Shown in pieces: positions 13,146 through 26,680 of a DNA stretch of 64,000 nucleotides. The DNA is taken from contig CM060732.1 of NCBI GenBank assembly GCA_030704615.1, positions 60,698,001 through 60,762,000 on the forward strand, given 5' to 3'. The position numbers were made by a program, and so were the translations under genes. Numbering within the stretch: position 1 is the stretch's first letter; every line of letters starts with the position of its first letter. The notes under the pieces are model-generated. The model saw nothing but the letters and a program-made list of their open reading frames with translations, made no database searches and had not been told where the DNA came from. The stretch comes from Takakia lepidozioides. Taxonomy: Eukaryota > Plantae > Bryophyta.

Positions 13146-13539
13146 GATATATATAGTGCAGAGTGGCGTGCGATGCTTTTCCTTCTTTTCTTCCTCTCTT
13201 CTATTTTTACCCAACCTTTTTCTTTTTCCTAATGAACTTTATCTTTTTCCTAATTTTTCCTTTTTCCAATTTCTCGGCTTCTATTTTCACCCAACCTTTG
13301 TCTTTTCACTGGACGTTAAGCAAACTTTACTTTATCTTTGTACAAGACATTGGATAAATGATAATAGGTTGAGGGTTTGATAATCTGTTTGTGGATGAAT
13401 GACGTCGTTTACTTTTATGAGCTCCTGAAAAACAAAACATTCCTAGAAGCTAAGTTCTGGAAGCATTTTATGACAGAGAGGCGTCCCATGAGGGGATGCT
13501 CTCTCTCGCTGGGATCTGGTCTGTCTGGGTCATGAACCC

Positions 13540-14190
13540 AACCGCCATGCCGCTTCTCACTGCGATGGATTCTTGTTGTTCCTTCTCTCCAATACAAACT
13601 GTGTCAGGCACCTACGCAGCCTCCGTCATCTGCCCACACAATCTGTCCAGCTCCGCGTGGATTTCTTCAATTTGTGGATGCAATGTGTCTTCCACAACCA
13701 ATGTATGCCTCAAGAAGCTCCATATCAATGTATGAGCTCCATATCATCAAAAAAAATTCAGGCACCAAGGAAGGCCCTCCACACCAAATTGTCTAGTCCA
13801 ATTGGCATGTTGCAAATGAAGCCCTCTGCCTCATCCAACCAGCCTGCATGGCCAATGCAGCTCCACTGTAGGAGTGAGACCATGATCTTGATTCATGGAA
13901 TTTAAGGAGAATTAAAGTAGTGACGGCCCTCATCCACTAGGCCCACACGGCTACATGCAGAGATAACAGATGTAAAAGTGATGACGTTCGGTTTCAAGCC
14001 TCCCGTTGCATCTGTACAAATAGTTGCAGGGCTTCCCACACCCATGCTGACAATATCCTGTCATCATCGCATTCCAGAGACCACATTTTGTTCAGCCGTA
14101 TTCTCAAACACCTGGTGTGCATCCTTCATGCCTCACATTCGACATTCATGTCAGTAAGGGCAGTCTCCAGAATGATATCTATGTCTTCTG
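13540..14190 (-). pseudogene. Decayed PLS-class PPR gene with E/E+/DYW-type C-terminus (organellar RNA-editing factor)
   Basis: Across frameshifts: DAHQVFE..NVVS(W)NAMMTGYCQHG..ALQLFVQMQ..LKPNVITFTSVISACSRVGLVDEGRHYFNS..AGWLDEAEGFICNMP..VWRAFLGA..VVEDTLHPQIEEIHAELDRLCGQMTEAA*VPDT..HRSEK. Confidence 0.85.
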
Positions 14191-14424
14191 CGCTGAATCA
14201 TGGGGGCTATCCAAGCTACATCCTGATTTTCTTGACCACTACATTTCGGATATGTCCTTCATTGTCCAGGTTTCGGAGTCACTTACCAATTTTGGTAAAT
14301 TCCAGTGGGACATGGGTAGTAAGAAAAAATATAGGATTGTCGAAGATAGTGACAAATTTCTGAAACTTGGCTAATTTTCTTGACTTAGTGTACTGGCCAA
14401 AGAGGCAAACCCCAGAGCTAATTC
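14183..14424 (+). repeat. Dispersed direct repeat, copy B; truncates the 5' end of the PPR pseudogene
   Basis: Aligns by eye to 9505-9815. Confidence 0.88.
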
Positions 14425-15055
14425 TGACAAATTTGTAGCCAAGTTTGTGGGTGGGGTTACTCATGTGTGATGCAGTTATCTTCCAGTACTTGGGAATTTA
14501 AGCTCGGACCTCACTGAATTTCAGTCATAAGTAAATGTCAAGCTGTTTATTATGACCTGCACTCTTCTCCAAAGAATGCATGTGTGCTTTGTTGAATGCT
14601 GCAATTCCCACGGATTTTAGGCCCTTTCGGTTTTTGTACACTGGACTTGTCGATGGCTCGTTGAGGTTTGCAGTTGCACTGCATCACGAGAAAAACCCAC
14701 TGTCGGATTTTGGGACGAGATTTGCAAGCATGTGGATGAGAGTACATAACAATGGCTGATTTCGATCCATCCCGTCTGGCTAAAACACTGCTGTCATGTC
14801 ACATTTACCTTCAAATTACCATCTCGCATTACCCTCCTGCACATGTCCGTCTCTAACTGGCATTTGGCAGATCTTATCATGAAAACAAAGTAGCCTCGAT
14901 TATGCATTCACAATATGAGCAGATGGATACTATGTCTCACTGAGTCTCCCCTCATGTGGGGAGAGAGAATGGCAAATGCAATGAACACTTTCCTTTCTAG
15001 GTGAATGTATGAATATACATGGAGCAGAGAAAAAATAGATAATTGTTGATTGAAA

Positions 15056-18000
15056 CTAGTCACTGTCACTTTCAAAAGCAGTCCTCCTGACACGTGTTTT
15101 CCTTGGACTGTGATGGTCATCAACATCAGGCTGTAGCTCAAGATCACTGTCGGAGCCATGCGCCGGTGGTGACATCTCACCCTCTTCTTCCGAATCTGAC
15201 AATGCCTGCCTACGCCTAGCTCTTTTCAGACGTGGTCCCTGCACTCATCAACATGGCCGTCAATTGCCTTTTATAGATGTCCTTTCAGTTAAAAGTCAAA
15301 TCAAACAAACCATTACTTTTACACAATCACTCAGGATTTTCACTAACCTGAGTTGTATCATCTTCCTCAACTAAGCCAGGAGCAGCCAGTGCGTCCTGTG
15401 CATCTTCTGCATCCTCAGGAGTATCAGGCCGCACATCATCTTCTAACAGCTCCTCTTCATCTGAATCTGGTGCTCTAGATCTCTTGTCCTTGCGTCTCTT
15501 TCTTTTCTCCTTCTTTTTTTCCCTTCTATTAGTAGGTGCACTGTCCTCTCCATCATTATCGTCAGCCTCAAATCGTTTCCTGTTCCAAGTGGCCTGCAAC
15601 CAACATGCTTTTATTGAGCTCCCAATATTCTGCCTTACCACTTTTACACATACAGACACCTGCTCTTAAATGTAAGATCTAACACAGATAGTGTCACAGC
15701 ACAACCTGTAGAACACATTCTCGGCATGGACAATGTCCGTAGTGAACATCCTTTCATAAAGCAATCTAATCATGCCAGCACTTACATTTTACCTCATATT
15801 TTGAGGAAAAGGGGGTTATGTCTTACTGCCTTGTTACTACGCACATGGTAGCTAAATAATGCCAACATTCTAGCTCAACAAATGTAGAAGTTAGGATGCG
15901 ACTGCTATTTTGCTGAAAATATGTCCATCATAGTCACACCAATTTAAGGTGATGAGTTCCCCAGCCCTAACAAAATTTACAGGGAGCTGTTTATAATTGT
16001 CAATTGATCACGTCCTACTCCGAGTGCAGTGACCATCATTCACAATTTGAGAAGCTGGGTATGATACACACCATGGTATGTTGCAATCGCTCTTCTTGTT
16101 CCCGAACAATGCGGTGCTCTTCATCCCGCTGCCTCCTCTCTATCTGCTCATTAGCACAAAAGCACACTTGGCATGAACTTATTCCAGAAATAACATTCCC
16201 ATTGCTTGCAACAAACACCTTTAAAGTTGTACCTGGAGCTTGCGCTCTTCCTCAGCTTTGCGGCGTGCATCCTCAGCCACAGCAAGCTGACGAGCAACCT
16301 CCTGTTTCTGGCGTGTTTGCTGCTCCTCGCGTTCAGCTGCTTCCAGGTGGACCTTTGCAGCATCAAGAAGGTGCTTGCAATAATCGACATGCATATCCAG
16401 CTTCTTCTCATCAAATCCATGGATGTGATGCCCTCTGACCCCTGCCAGCTGGCTGAACAACCGCAGTGCATTCTTCAACTCAGCAACCGCTTGCCGCACC
16501 TGCTTAAAACCCACCCCTCTTGTCTGGACATGCTTACTTGATCCAACAAAATCGGTGCTAGTGCAACCCATTATCAACAACTGCTGGGTCAAATCCTGGA
16601 TGAATCAGACCATCAAATAATGATAAAAGCAACAATGACGGAGAGATGGACGGACCTCATCAGCAGAGCGCTTAGCTTTCTGAAGGGTCGCAGTGGAGAA
16701 CTTTTGCATGGCAATGGCAGCATCAAAGCGCAGGGTATAGTTCGATGGTGCCAGGTGGATGGCACGTAGCAGTATTCGTTTGCACTCTTGCCACTGCTCT
16801 GCCTCATAATGTGTGCGTGCCAAGTATAGGAGAATCTGTGGGTCTGTATTGTAATAGAATCTTCGTAGGCAATTCTGGTACTGCGATCCCCAATACACCA
16901 CACATCAGGATATTGCAGGTCCCATGTCCCTTCAAAATCAGTTCAGCACCCATGAAGACACATGCAAGCAAGGTCCCTTGCAGTATCAGAAGCAAGCTGA
17001 TGAAATTTCCAAAGCTTCCTCTTTCAACAGATTCATGAACGACAAGTTCTTTGGCCAATTAAATGCATTCACTGCCCTTTCCAAGTCTGTCATGGCTGAG
17101 CACATAAGAGGCCTGATATGAGAAGAGCAATTACCATTTTGACAGCAAGAGCAAACTGGCCCTGGGCAAGGTAGACGTGGGCCAGATTGACCCAGACATC
17201 AGGCATATCTACAGTGACGTTGCCTGCTGCTGCCTCTTGCACCTGCTCAGTCACCCAAACCCCTTAAGTGGAACTTTACCAAAAACTTTGTAGGTTCTTG
17301 CTAACTATCAGCTATTGGTTCCATCAAAAGGGGCCTTTCACACAACTGCTTCATCAAAATTGTACCAAACAAAGCAGCTACAACAAAAAGTCTACATGTA
17401 TGCGTCCCATCCTACATTTCTTAGAGATTGCCCCTCTACTACCTGAGTGAAAATGTCCTTGGAAATGTCAAAGAGACCTTTCTCCGCAAGAACAACTCCA
17501 ATTCCATTGGCTGCATACACATTATTTGGTCTCTGCACCAGCACCTGAGTTAACACAACCCACCATTCCATGTGTTAAGCAGAAGACTCCCAGAACTCAT
17601 CTCATTCACAAATAGAATCACCATGGTAACCAACAAACTATTAGAAATATCCTTCAGAAACAACCGCACATCCAGTAAAGCCTGCAGGTAACAAGACCCA
17701 AGCATATGGGAACCAGTGTAGGACCTTTTGATAGAGTTCTCTGGCTTTTTCCAGATGTGTGGCTTCCAGTTTTGGGTCCCTCTTCTCCCCACGTACTGCA
17801 GCATAGTAGTTCCAATTTCCCTAGGCAGCAGACAATTCCCAGCAAATCAGTTAAAACAGGAGCCATCATCTACATGAATCACTAGCATCAAGACATGCAA
17901 GGGGTGCAGCACTCACGAGAGCCAGGGTTGCATAGTTGTCCTTCCCATCCGTGACCTGCAGAATGCCTTTCAGGGTATCCTTGGCCTTAAGCCAATCATC

Positions 18001-21000
18001 TCCTTTCAGCTCCAAGTTGCCTCGCACAGATAAGCCCTCCACGTACTTCTCATTGCCTTTCAATGCTTTACACACCTGTGACATAAAGAAACAGCAAGCC
18101 AGATGTAGTGACCTCTTGTAAACAGATGCATCAAGAGCACACATGACTATGATGGCTCAGACAGCAGGCAAGCACGCACAGCTACCACGACTGCAAGGTG
18201 CCACAATACCAGATCCAGGCTGGTGGGAATATTGTTGCGAGCCTGTGCCATTGCCCCCAGCCGGAGGTACGCGTCCACGTATTTGGGATGCTGCCTCAAA
18301 AACACCACTACCCAATTGTAAATCCATCTGTGAAGTCACAATGAAACAGTCACCTGAAGCTACACCACACTTCTGTGTAAAACAGATAATATCCAAGATT
18401 CACCCCAAGAGTTGACAAGGGTTGTGTTGTTAGAAAAAACAGTAGCATAACAATGCCCTTATGAACTGCAGCCTCACATCTACAGTAGCGGGAGGGGTAT
18501 GTAGCTGAACTACAGCAAACTCCTGTTCTGGAGGGGTTGTCACAGTGGAGAGAATGTACTCAAAAGACGTGTTTGTCATAGCCTTGTGGCCATAGACCCC
18601 ACGCCCAGTTTGGGTAGAACAAGAGGGAACAGACACTACCTTTGTGAGAAGCTCACAAGTAGAGGGACTTACCTTGGTATAAACAACTGATTCACGGTTT
18701 CTAGATTTCCTCTAGAAAGCCCTTCACACAATCTGCTGTGTGTGAGCTGCCCAGCAGTTAGACCCCAACAGGGCCAGGGTTTTAGGCTCAGCTTCAAGAT
18801 TTTGAAAGTTGGTGAACAGAGGTGCAAGGACTATGTTCTTGATGGTCCTGAAGAGGGTCGCTCTCTGATGAGAATACCCGGACCTTGTATCACAAAATGG
18901 ATACTGTCTTCAGGCCGCCCGCACTTGGGATATTGACAATCTCCCTTCCCTCTCTGCACATGTTTATTGTTCAAAAGTGGACTCCCCACCCTGAGTTTAA
19001 AATTTCAGACCCTTCTGATCATCCTTAAGATCCTCACCCATGTCACAAACTGGAAACAAGTTCAGGGGAATTTTATGCTTAACTTCGTTTAGAGAGAAAG
19101 AGGAGAACCTTAAATAGAATGAGCTGATATAATATAGAAGCTTTGCCGGTCTCATGGAGCTGTTCATGCAGCCGCGCCAAGTTGAACAGCAGTGTCACCT
19201 TTTCTGCAGGTACTTCAACAAGAACCCCCTCATTCTCTAAGCTGTAGAACAGCTGATTTGCCTTGTCAGGTAGACCGGTATCCGCAGCACGAGTTCCCTC
19301 ACTGAACTCAGCCCAAAGGCCTTCTCCTAATGCTTCCTTGTATGCTTTTCTTGCAAACTGAAGCAACCCCCCAGCTGTCCCAGTCAGTCAAATTGCATAA
19401 GATGAGCCCCGTAGTTCATATACTAACCCTGCAGCTTGTTTTAAAGAAGGAGCTATTCTAGCATGAAAAAGTTTACTTGGCCTGTGCTATCAACCAGCCA
19501 CATAACACAAAAGTCTCCAACACAAATGCACATGTGATGATTGCTGGCACTATGTGCACTAAAATGCCCAACGAACTCTCAAGGTGCATACCTCAAGTTC
19601 CCCACGCTCAAAATGCAGAACACCAATGTTGTTCAGAAGTCCTAGCGGGACTAATTCTTGATTCTTCTTGAATAAGGAGTGGGCCTGACCATCCCAGAAT
19701 CAAAAGTAATTTCAGTCCACTACCCATGTCATCAAGAGTGTCACGCACATGTATGGTTGAATACTGCCTATCCTACCTGGTTATTTTTAGTGCACTGAGC
19801 AAACCTGGTGAGAACCTTACGCCCTTCAATGGAATACGCACCACAGTGTATGACTACATACAGACATGCAAGAAAAGAGAACCCAACATTGTATGCACCT
19901 GCCTCATGACCACCCTTCTTAAAGCAGACAAGGTGACTGACAAAATAATGGGGACTCTTGCCAAAGCAACCGTAACTTACGGTGTCAATTGACCCCGAAG
20001 GGCTACCACCTTCCGATGGAAAGGTGGACACCTTTATGACATCCAATGCATATGTGGTTTTGAACCCACAACCACTAGTGAAATGGTATTATGCCCTAAC
20101 CACTGGGCTATCTATTGGATGTCGACTGACAAAGACTGTGCAAGCCTTCCCAAGCATAGAATGCGACAGTAATTCAAGATAAACTCTCATCTCTAGCTAT
20201 CAACAACTGCTGCAAGCTGGACTAGGTAAGAGCTCACAGTCTTAAAGGCCTCAAGAGCTGCCCCAAAGTCAGTTGCGACCAGCAATTCCCCCATCTCCAA
20301 CCAGGCCTATCCCGCAGCCAACAACAGAGAGATAAGATAACAACACCAAAGTAAGTACTCATTCCTGCTGGAGTAGTTTTCTTCTGACAAGTGTTTCTGG
20401 GGTTTTAGGGACTTCAAGCCTCCTATAGTCATAACAAGAGGCCCTGCGTGAGAAAAGGCATCCAGCAACAAGAATAATGAAAAACAGTTGGTGAACTCAC
20501 ATCAACATCCTTAGGATTCAATTTAGTTGCTCTCCTGAAGTTGTCTAGTGCCTTTTCTGTGCGGCCTTGTTGCATGAAAATATGCCCCATAGCCTAGAAT
20601 GCCAAACATCAACACGAGGTGAGTGACCTAAATCTGACTTAGAATCAACTTAACAAACAATACAAACTCATCTCTGCAGTAGAACCTCCCCCATTGAAAC
20701 CGGTCCTACTTTAATGTCAGTTATTTAGCAGCATCCAACCGACTGTGCTCCTGATCAACATTCAAGAAACACTGAGGAAATGTGCAGACATGTCAACTTC
20801 ATAAAAATCTACACAGGGGAGTGAGTCTGTTGAAAATTGACTTCAGAATTGAAGTGTGCCTTGAGGAGCCAGACCAAATAAGTTACATAGAGGTCAAGCA
20901 GAATGACCTTCAGGGTCTCACAGTTATCAGGATGGACATCCAGTACTTTCTCAAAATGGATCAATGCCGTCTTCATATCTCCCAGCTTCAAATGGACCTG

Positions 21001-24000
21001 CCCCAACCCTGCATTACACAACCAATGGCAACCTCCTCAGACCCTTAAACACGCACCCAAGGTGCAACACGGCTCACCATGCTCCAAACCTCCAACAAAT
21101 AACACAGGTTTCAGAAACCCACCATAATAGGGTAGAATGAAATCACGTGGATTCTTAAGCTCAGAAGTGGAAGCCCTGTAATAGCGGGCTGCCATCTCAT
21201 AATCGCCCTGCATCCATGCATCCATTGTCCATTAGGACTCTTTTCATCGTGTCTTCTGCTTTTGGCCAGAGATTACATCTACCAAGCCCATGATGGGAGC
21301 ATAACAGCATACATCACCAGCACCAGCATTCTCCTGACCCTGCAGCTCTTCATCACTCTTAGTATAAGAATATGAGCATGCTGGAAAGTACCAGAACAAA
21401 CCTTTGTGTGGTAAGAGCGAGCAAAATTGTAGTAGGATTGAGCCTTCATCAGAATGTGGTCAGTAGAAGCCAAAGCTGCCTCTGTTAGCTGCTCAACCAT
21501 GTAGTGGTGCCCTGTAAAGAAGTAGTGATTCGCCAGGTGATTCAGTGCCATTGCACAATACGGATAGATCTCATATGCTGACCGCATCTTCTCCAAGCCT
21601 TCATGGACACCTTCCACTGCGCAGAACAGTACACTCAATAGTTACTTGGTGGAAGCCAAAACTGTCATGGTTATAGTGAAGGGTCCTGGATATGACCTAT
21701 GAAGCACACCCAAGAATAGAGTGTACCTTCATTGGTGTTGATGTCCATCACGCCTAGTGCAACCAGTGCCTCCGCGTTGTCAGGGTCAAGCTGCATCATG
21801 CACATAAACCTGCACACTTGTAAGCTATCACACCCAAATTGCCTTCTCTCACATATGTCTGTCAGTCTGTCTCGTAGTGTGGTTTCAATTTTCCTTTCCC
21901 CATTCTCTGCTGAAATCTGCTAATGGCAGGAACAGGTTGTTTACTGAAATGATTCTTGAGCAAGTGCAAATCCCACCTTACACCATCACTATGAGGAGAC
22001 GTGAGACTGTGACTGACAAGAACGGGGAAAGACAGGAAAAGAGAGGGAATATACTCATTGACCATTACTTGTTGGTCCATGAACATGGGCTATTACATAC
22101 CTTAGGGCCCTAGAATTCTAACCCTCCTGGAGCTGCTTGTGGAGATTCAGCCCAACCCAAAATTACCATAGTGCACAGCCAATGACAATTCAGCTAAGGA
22201 AACTGAGTGTTGGACTACGAGCTCGCTAAGACATCATGTTAGCAAACAAATGGTATGCTCATTTTGGCCAAGATGAGAGAACAAAAGAAAGTCAGTTCGT
22301 AAAATGCCAACTGTCAAGATGGATTCACGGATGACATTGATGAATGGCTAAAGAGAGAAGTCATGCCTGCAAAACACGATCAAAAGCTTGGCGGGCTTTC
22401 TTAAACTGACCAAGACGGAAGCGACAAAGTCCGAGGCCCAGCCTCACTGATGCTGGGCACCTAGGATGCACCTGCAATGCTTTCTGATCCACAGCAACCA
22501 CTCACACACAAGTGACGTCAATGGAGATCAATGAATTCCATTGAGTTCTTGCACCATGTTACGGGCTCTAGCATGACACTCCACAAAAACATCAAAGGCA
22601 AAAGATAGTGGGATGTGTTAGAGTACAACAAAACAAGTAATTTATCACAGACCTTGAAGAAGTTTAGAGCCTCCTGAAATCGATTCCGGTTAAACTGCAC
22701 ACAAGCCTGCCCCAACCCATGTCCATCCTCATCAATGCCATGTTCGCTTACAGTCTAGAGGTGAGGTACAAGGAAACTTGATCGGTTGTAGCCTGAAATC
22801 ACAATCGTAAGACTATGCAGCCTGAAAACACCTGTGCTTACCCCTATGTAATATATGCAGATGAAGAATAGTGGGGAGAACAGACCTGGCCAAGCAGAGC
22901 CGGCACATTGTCTGGTTGACCATCCAGCACAATCTTAAACACCTCATGTGCTTGCTCCAGTTCTCCCTTAGCCACCAGCAGTTGACCTGCATGCACAAAT
23001 GCCTTGCTATGCCATCATGAGCTGGACAGGACCAGTAGGATCTGTAAACTGTCAACCAAGAAGTTGCTTTGATATCACTGCCCTTAATTCTGATGACAAA
23101 AAATACAGTTTAGAACAGGCCCTACAGGTGTGTTTTACCTTTGCCAACCCAGGTGGATGGTTCATCTTGGTCAATCCTGGAGGCCTTATTGTAATACTGG
23201 GTGGCACGTATGAAGTGTTCATCCTTTTCTCGCTGCTTGGACTCCATTTTTCCAAGGTTGGTGTAATAAGCCCCCAAGGCATTAAGAATTGCAATGCGAT
23301 CATACTTTACATCACTGTAGTATTCGTCAATTTCTATCATCACAAGGCACCCACATATGTATCAGCAACAAATCACCATGCTTGGGTTGGACAGTGAAGT
23401 TTGAGGTGATTGGTTCAAATGGAGTACTAGATAAGAATGAAAACATGTGTTTGTCGGACAACCAGACCAACACAAAAGTAACGCATTATGATCACTGTTC
23501 AAGGACTAGTTACAAACATCTCCAAAATGAGAAGCTTTCTTTCGTACTTCCCTTGACAATCTTTGAATCAGCAGCTGCTTTAACTGCCACAGGAGAAAAG
23601 CTACATACAAGGGTCCAAGCCAATTCCACACGTGCAATTCCTTAGAGTTAGTGAAGCTGAATAAGGCAGCTGGCAATATCATGAATACCTGGACTAGACC
23701 CTTCTTCAAGAATCTGAAGAAACTCTGTGATTTTTCCCCGCTTAAAATACTCTCTCTGCATCACAACAAAACACAGTCAGCCAATAACAATGACCCACAC
23801 TCACCCGTCCCTACTCCTCCTACATTGTCGACCTCCGACGTTTCTAATAAACCTTAAACCCTAAACCTTGACTGTCTCCGCCTGCAATCACACCCTCTGT
23901 CAGACCATTGCAGCAGCCTACGCTAATTCATCTGTTAATCTCACAACACATGAGTTTCGTAACACGCACCTACTCGAAAAACTGAACTTTGCCAGAACGA

Positions 24001-24213
24001 AGAAGTGGGAATATCAGAACCAAACAAAATTGCGGGAGACAGAATTGAAGAACGAGAGGGTGTGACACGTACCGCAAAGGTAAGCCAAAGATTGAGTGGA
24101 GCTTGCTCGGCCTTGAGAATGTCCAAAATGTCTGTGGCATCCTTGGGCAGCTGTTCTAACGCCACCCTCACTTCCTCTGACGTGTTTTGGACGGGAATAT
24201 ATACACACGCCAT
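15056..24213 (-). CDS. CTR9: PAF1 complex TPR subunit CTR9 / VERNALIZATION INDEPENDENCE 6 (ELF8), multi-exon
   Basis: N-terminus MACVYIPVQNTSEEVRVALEQLPKDATDILDILKAEQAPL, REYFKRGK..ILEEGSSPEIDEYY, many TPR exons (ALNHLANHYFFTG, LLFNLARLHEQ, YLARTHYEAEQWQECK), acidic/basic C-terminus ending FESDSD*; one GC-AG intron (donor 22366). Confidence 0.95.
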
Positions 24214-24779
24214 AGTTGTTCTCTGTGCGGGAGCCTGTGTTGACGTCCACTGCAAGCTCAAAGAGCTCATGAGACGAAACAAATCAGAGAACGTGCCGCC
24301 CTCGGTTCAAAAATAGCTGTTGAGAAGGAAGGAAGAAATTGGCGAGGCCCAAAGGGCAGAGTCGAACAGCGATCCGTGAGCACTTCATTCCTGCCATACT
24401 CTGGCGTTCCGTTTGCGTGAGAAAACAACAGTGAAATCGTGAACTAATAACTTGGCAGTGGGACTCGCCGGCTGAGGCTTGTAAGTAGTAAGTTTGCACT
24501 TTCTTCATTTCTGCATTTAAAACCTTTCCAAAAACAAAAAAACAAAACCTTTTCCACCCCTTGTTTTGGTTGATTTAGATGGTGCTCAAATCTAGGTGAA
24601 TTAAGTTACTAGTGTAGGTGAGTAACTACGAAGTTCTAGAACCCAGCAAGTCTCTTTGGTAGATCAAAGTAAAAGTTATAGTAGGGGGCCTTCAAATGTG
24701 GCTATATTTGTGTTGTTACCCTCAAGGAAAAGGAACATATTGAAGTCACTACTGTCCATTTTAACATTCATCTATCTAC

Positions 24780-25493
24780 ATGGACGAACAAGACCTACGG
24801 TATGGAGTCGTGGAGAAGTTCGAAGGGAAGAATTTCATGTTATGGGAATTCAAAGTTGAGACGTTGATAAAAACGAAGGAACTTAGGGGAATGATCACCG
24901 GAGGAGAGGTGAAGCATGATGCAGTAGATGCTACGGGACTCACTACTTATGCAAGGAAAGAGAGTAAAGCTATGAATCTCCTCATCCAAAACCTCTCCGA
25001 TAGTAAGCTCATGACTGTGAGGAAAGAGACTACTCCAAAGGGATTTGGGATAAGCAACACATTGACAAAGGGCTTGCCAATAAGATCTTTCTCACACGGA
25101 AGTCCTTCATGGCTCGGATGGAACCGCTGAGACAATAGAACAATACCTCAATAAGCTCAGAGCAATGGCCGATGAGTTGGATGCTATTGAAGCAAGTGTT
25201 CTATACGAAGTTAATGTCATGGTCTTACTCATGAGCCTACCCGACAATTATCAAACTTTGATCACCTCTTTGGAGTCATTCAAGGTGGAAGACTGTAAGT
25301 GACAAGATGTGAGTACGAGATTGCTCAACGAAGAGCTGATGAGGATAGAGAAAGCAAAAACCCAATTAGTTGGTGGGGAGGCAGCACTTGTTGTAGCTCA
25401 CAAGAGACAAGAGACAAGAGCAACGACATCTACATAGCGTACGAAGATCGGGGTCACTGGGCAATAGAATGCAGAAAAATGAAACTGACTTGA
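24780..25493 (+). mobile_element. Degenerate Ty1/Copia gag fragment
   Basis: VEKFEGKNFMLWEFKVETLI, KAMNLLIQNLSDS, VLLMSLPDNYQTLITSLES, remnant zinc knuckle GHWAIECRK; frameshifts. Confidence 0.82.
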
Positions 25494-26353
25494 AGAATAA
25501 AAAATAGAGGCAAACACAATGGAGAGCTGATATTAAAAAAGTGTTTAGTATGGTATTTTATCATATAACATCACTATGTCGTGGCCATGTTGCATTAATA
25601 CATACCCAAGTACCAAAAATAAAAATTAACAACGTTCATATGTTTTCAAGATATGAATTGTCGATTGTCATCAACGATTGTTTGTAATATTTCCATTTCT
25701 TCAATCGACTGTATCAATGTGATCTTGTTTAAAATTGTAATAGTGCAAGAAGGTGTAATTTTTTTCTTTTTGACAAATAATTGATTATATTTTAATCAAT
25801 GTTTAATATTAAGAAGTTAATCAATGTCTATTTAACACGCGTTTGATTGATATGGCACAAATAGCTTGCAAGCACTGTATACTCGATCATTCTGAATCCA
25901 CATGGATGCATGTGTCAATCCAAACAGTTATAATCTCATCATACCTTTGTACTCATTGACCCTTCGTTTTTTCATTCGTCCATGGTATGACATTCTCTTT
26001 GTTTCCAAATGGTCCAAGAAACTATGAATGTTTATGCTTCTTTGTTCAGTTGTGTTATCTCCATTGCATGTTTCTTTTTTTTTTCTTTTTTCTTTTTTTG
26101 GAACAAGTTTGTCCTCTGTAAAGCTTTATTTTCAAACTGACAGCAAGGAAAATAACTCCACTGCGGGTTGCACAACCATGACGATTTTTGCCGATTCTAC
26201 TTCCAAAATATCTTAATCTTGAAGTCTTTTGTCCAAAGTTTTGATCTTGACATCCTTCGCTCGCAAGATAATCTATACTATGTAGTTTTGTATTATTCTT
26301 CCAGGTAACCAAAAAACGGCTGTCCATACCCCTAAACAATATGCCCTAAGCTA

Positions 26354-26680
26354 CTACCACCAGTGTCGTTTGTTGAGCAGCTTCGTGATTTCTTGGACGT
26401 CCCTCTTGACACCCATGAGATCTTCGACATCGTGTTTGATGATGGTCAAGTCCATTTGCATTTCAACGGTCTCCATTTGGAGCTGTGACACCTCCAACTT
26501 TACGTTGTTGATGTCTAGGGTTGTTGACTGTACCTGAAGACTCGTCTCAACACCTCTGACTCGATCCTCAATGCCTCTGACGCGATTCTCCATAAAGGAG
26601 TTCATCATGGTAATTAGGGCACTCCCGATGGCCAAGAATATGACGAGCAGCCACTTTGAATCATTTGAGTATTTCTCCAT
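26354..26680 (-). CDS. Hypothetical 108-aa protein: N-terminal hydrophobic helix followed by a coiled coil
   Basis: Clean ATG-to-TAGTAG ORF; WLLVIFLAIGSALITMM hydrophobic stretch; heptad-patterned remainder; (GA)n upstream. Confidence 0.45.
   Translation of the reverse strand: MEKYSNDSKWLLVIFLAIGSALITMMNSFMENRVRGIEDRVRGVETSLQVQSTTLDINNVKLEVSQLQMETVEMQMDLTIIKHDVEDLMGVKRDVQEITKLLNKRHWW

Noticed and set aside
12907-13380. 157-aa plus-strand ORF with an internal repeat and Phe-rich tail
   Set aside because: Antisense reading of the duplicated leader and T-rich promoter of the GIL1-like gene
22365-22366. GC donor in CTR9 (and another at 48633 in RFT1)
   Set aside because: GC-AG introns are a common minor variant
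25583-26346. Possible Tourist-like MITE (GGCCATGTTG .. CAATATGCCC)
   Set aside because: Terminal match is short and imperfect, with no clear TSD
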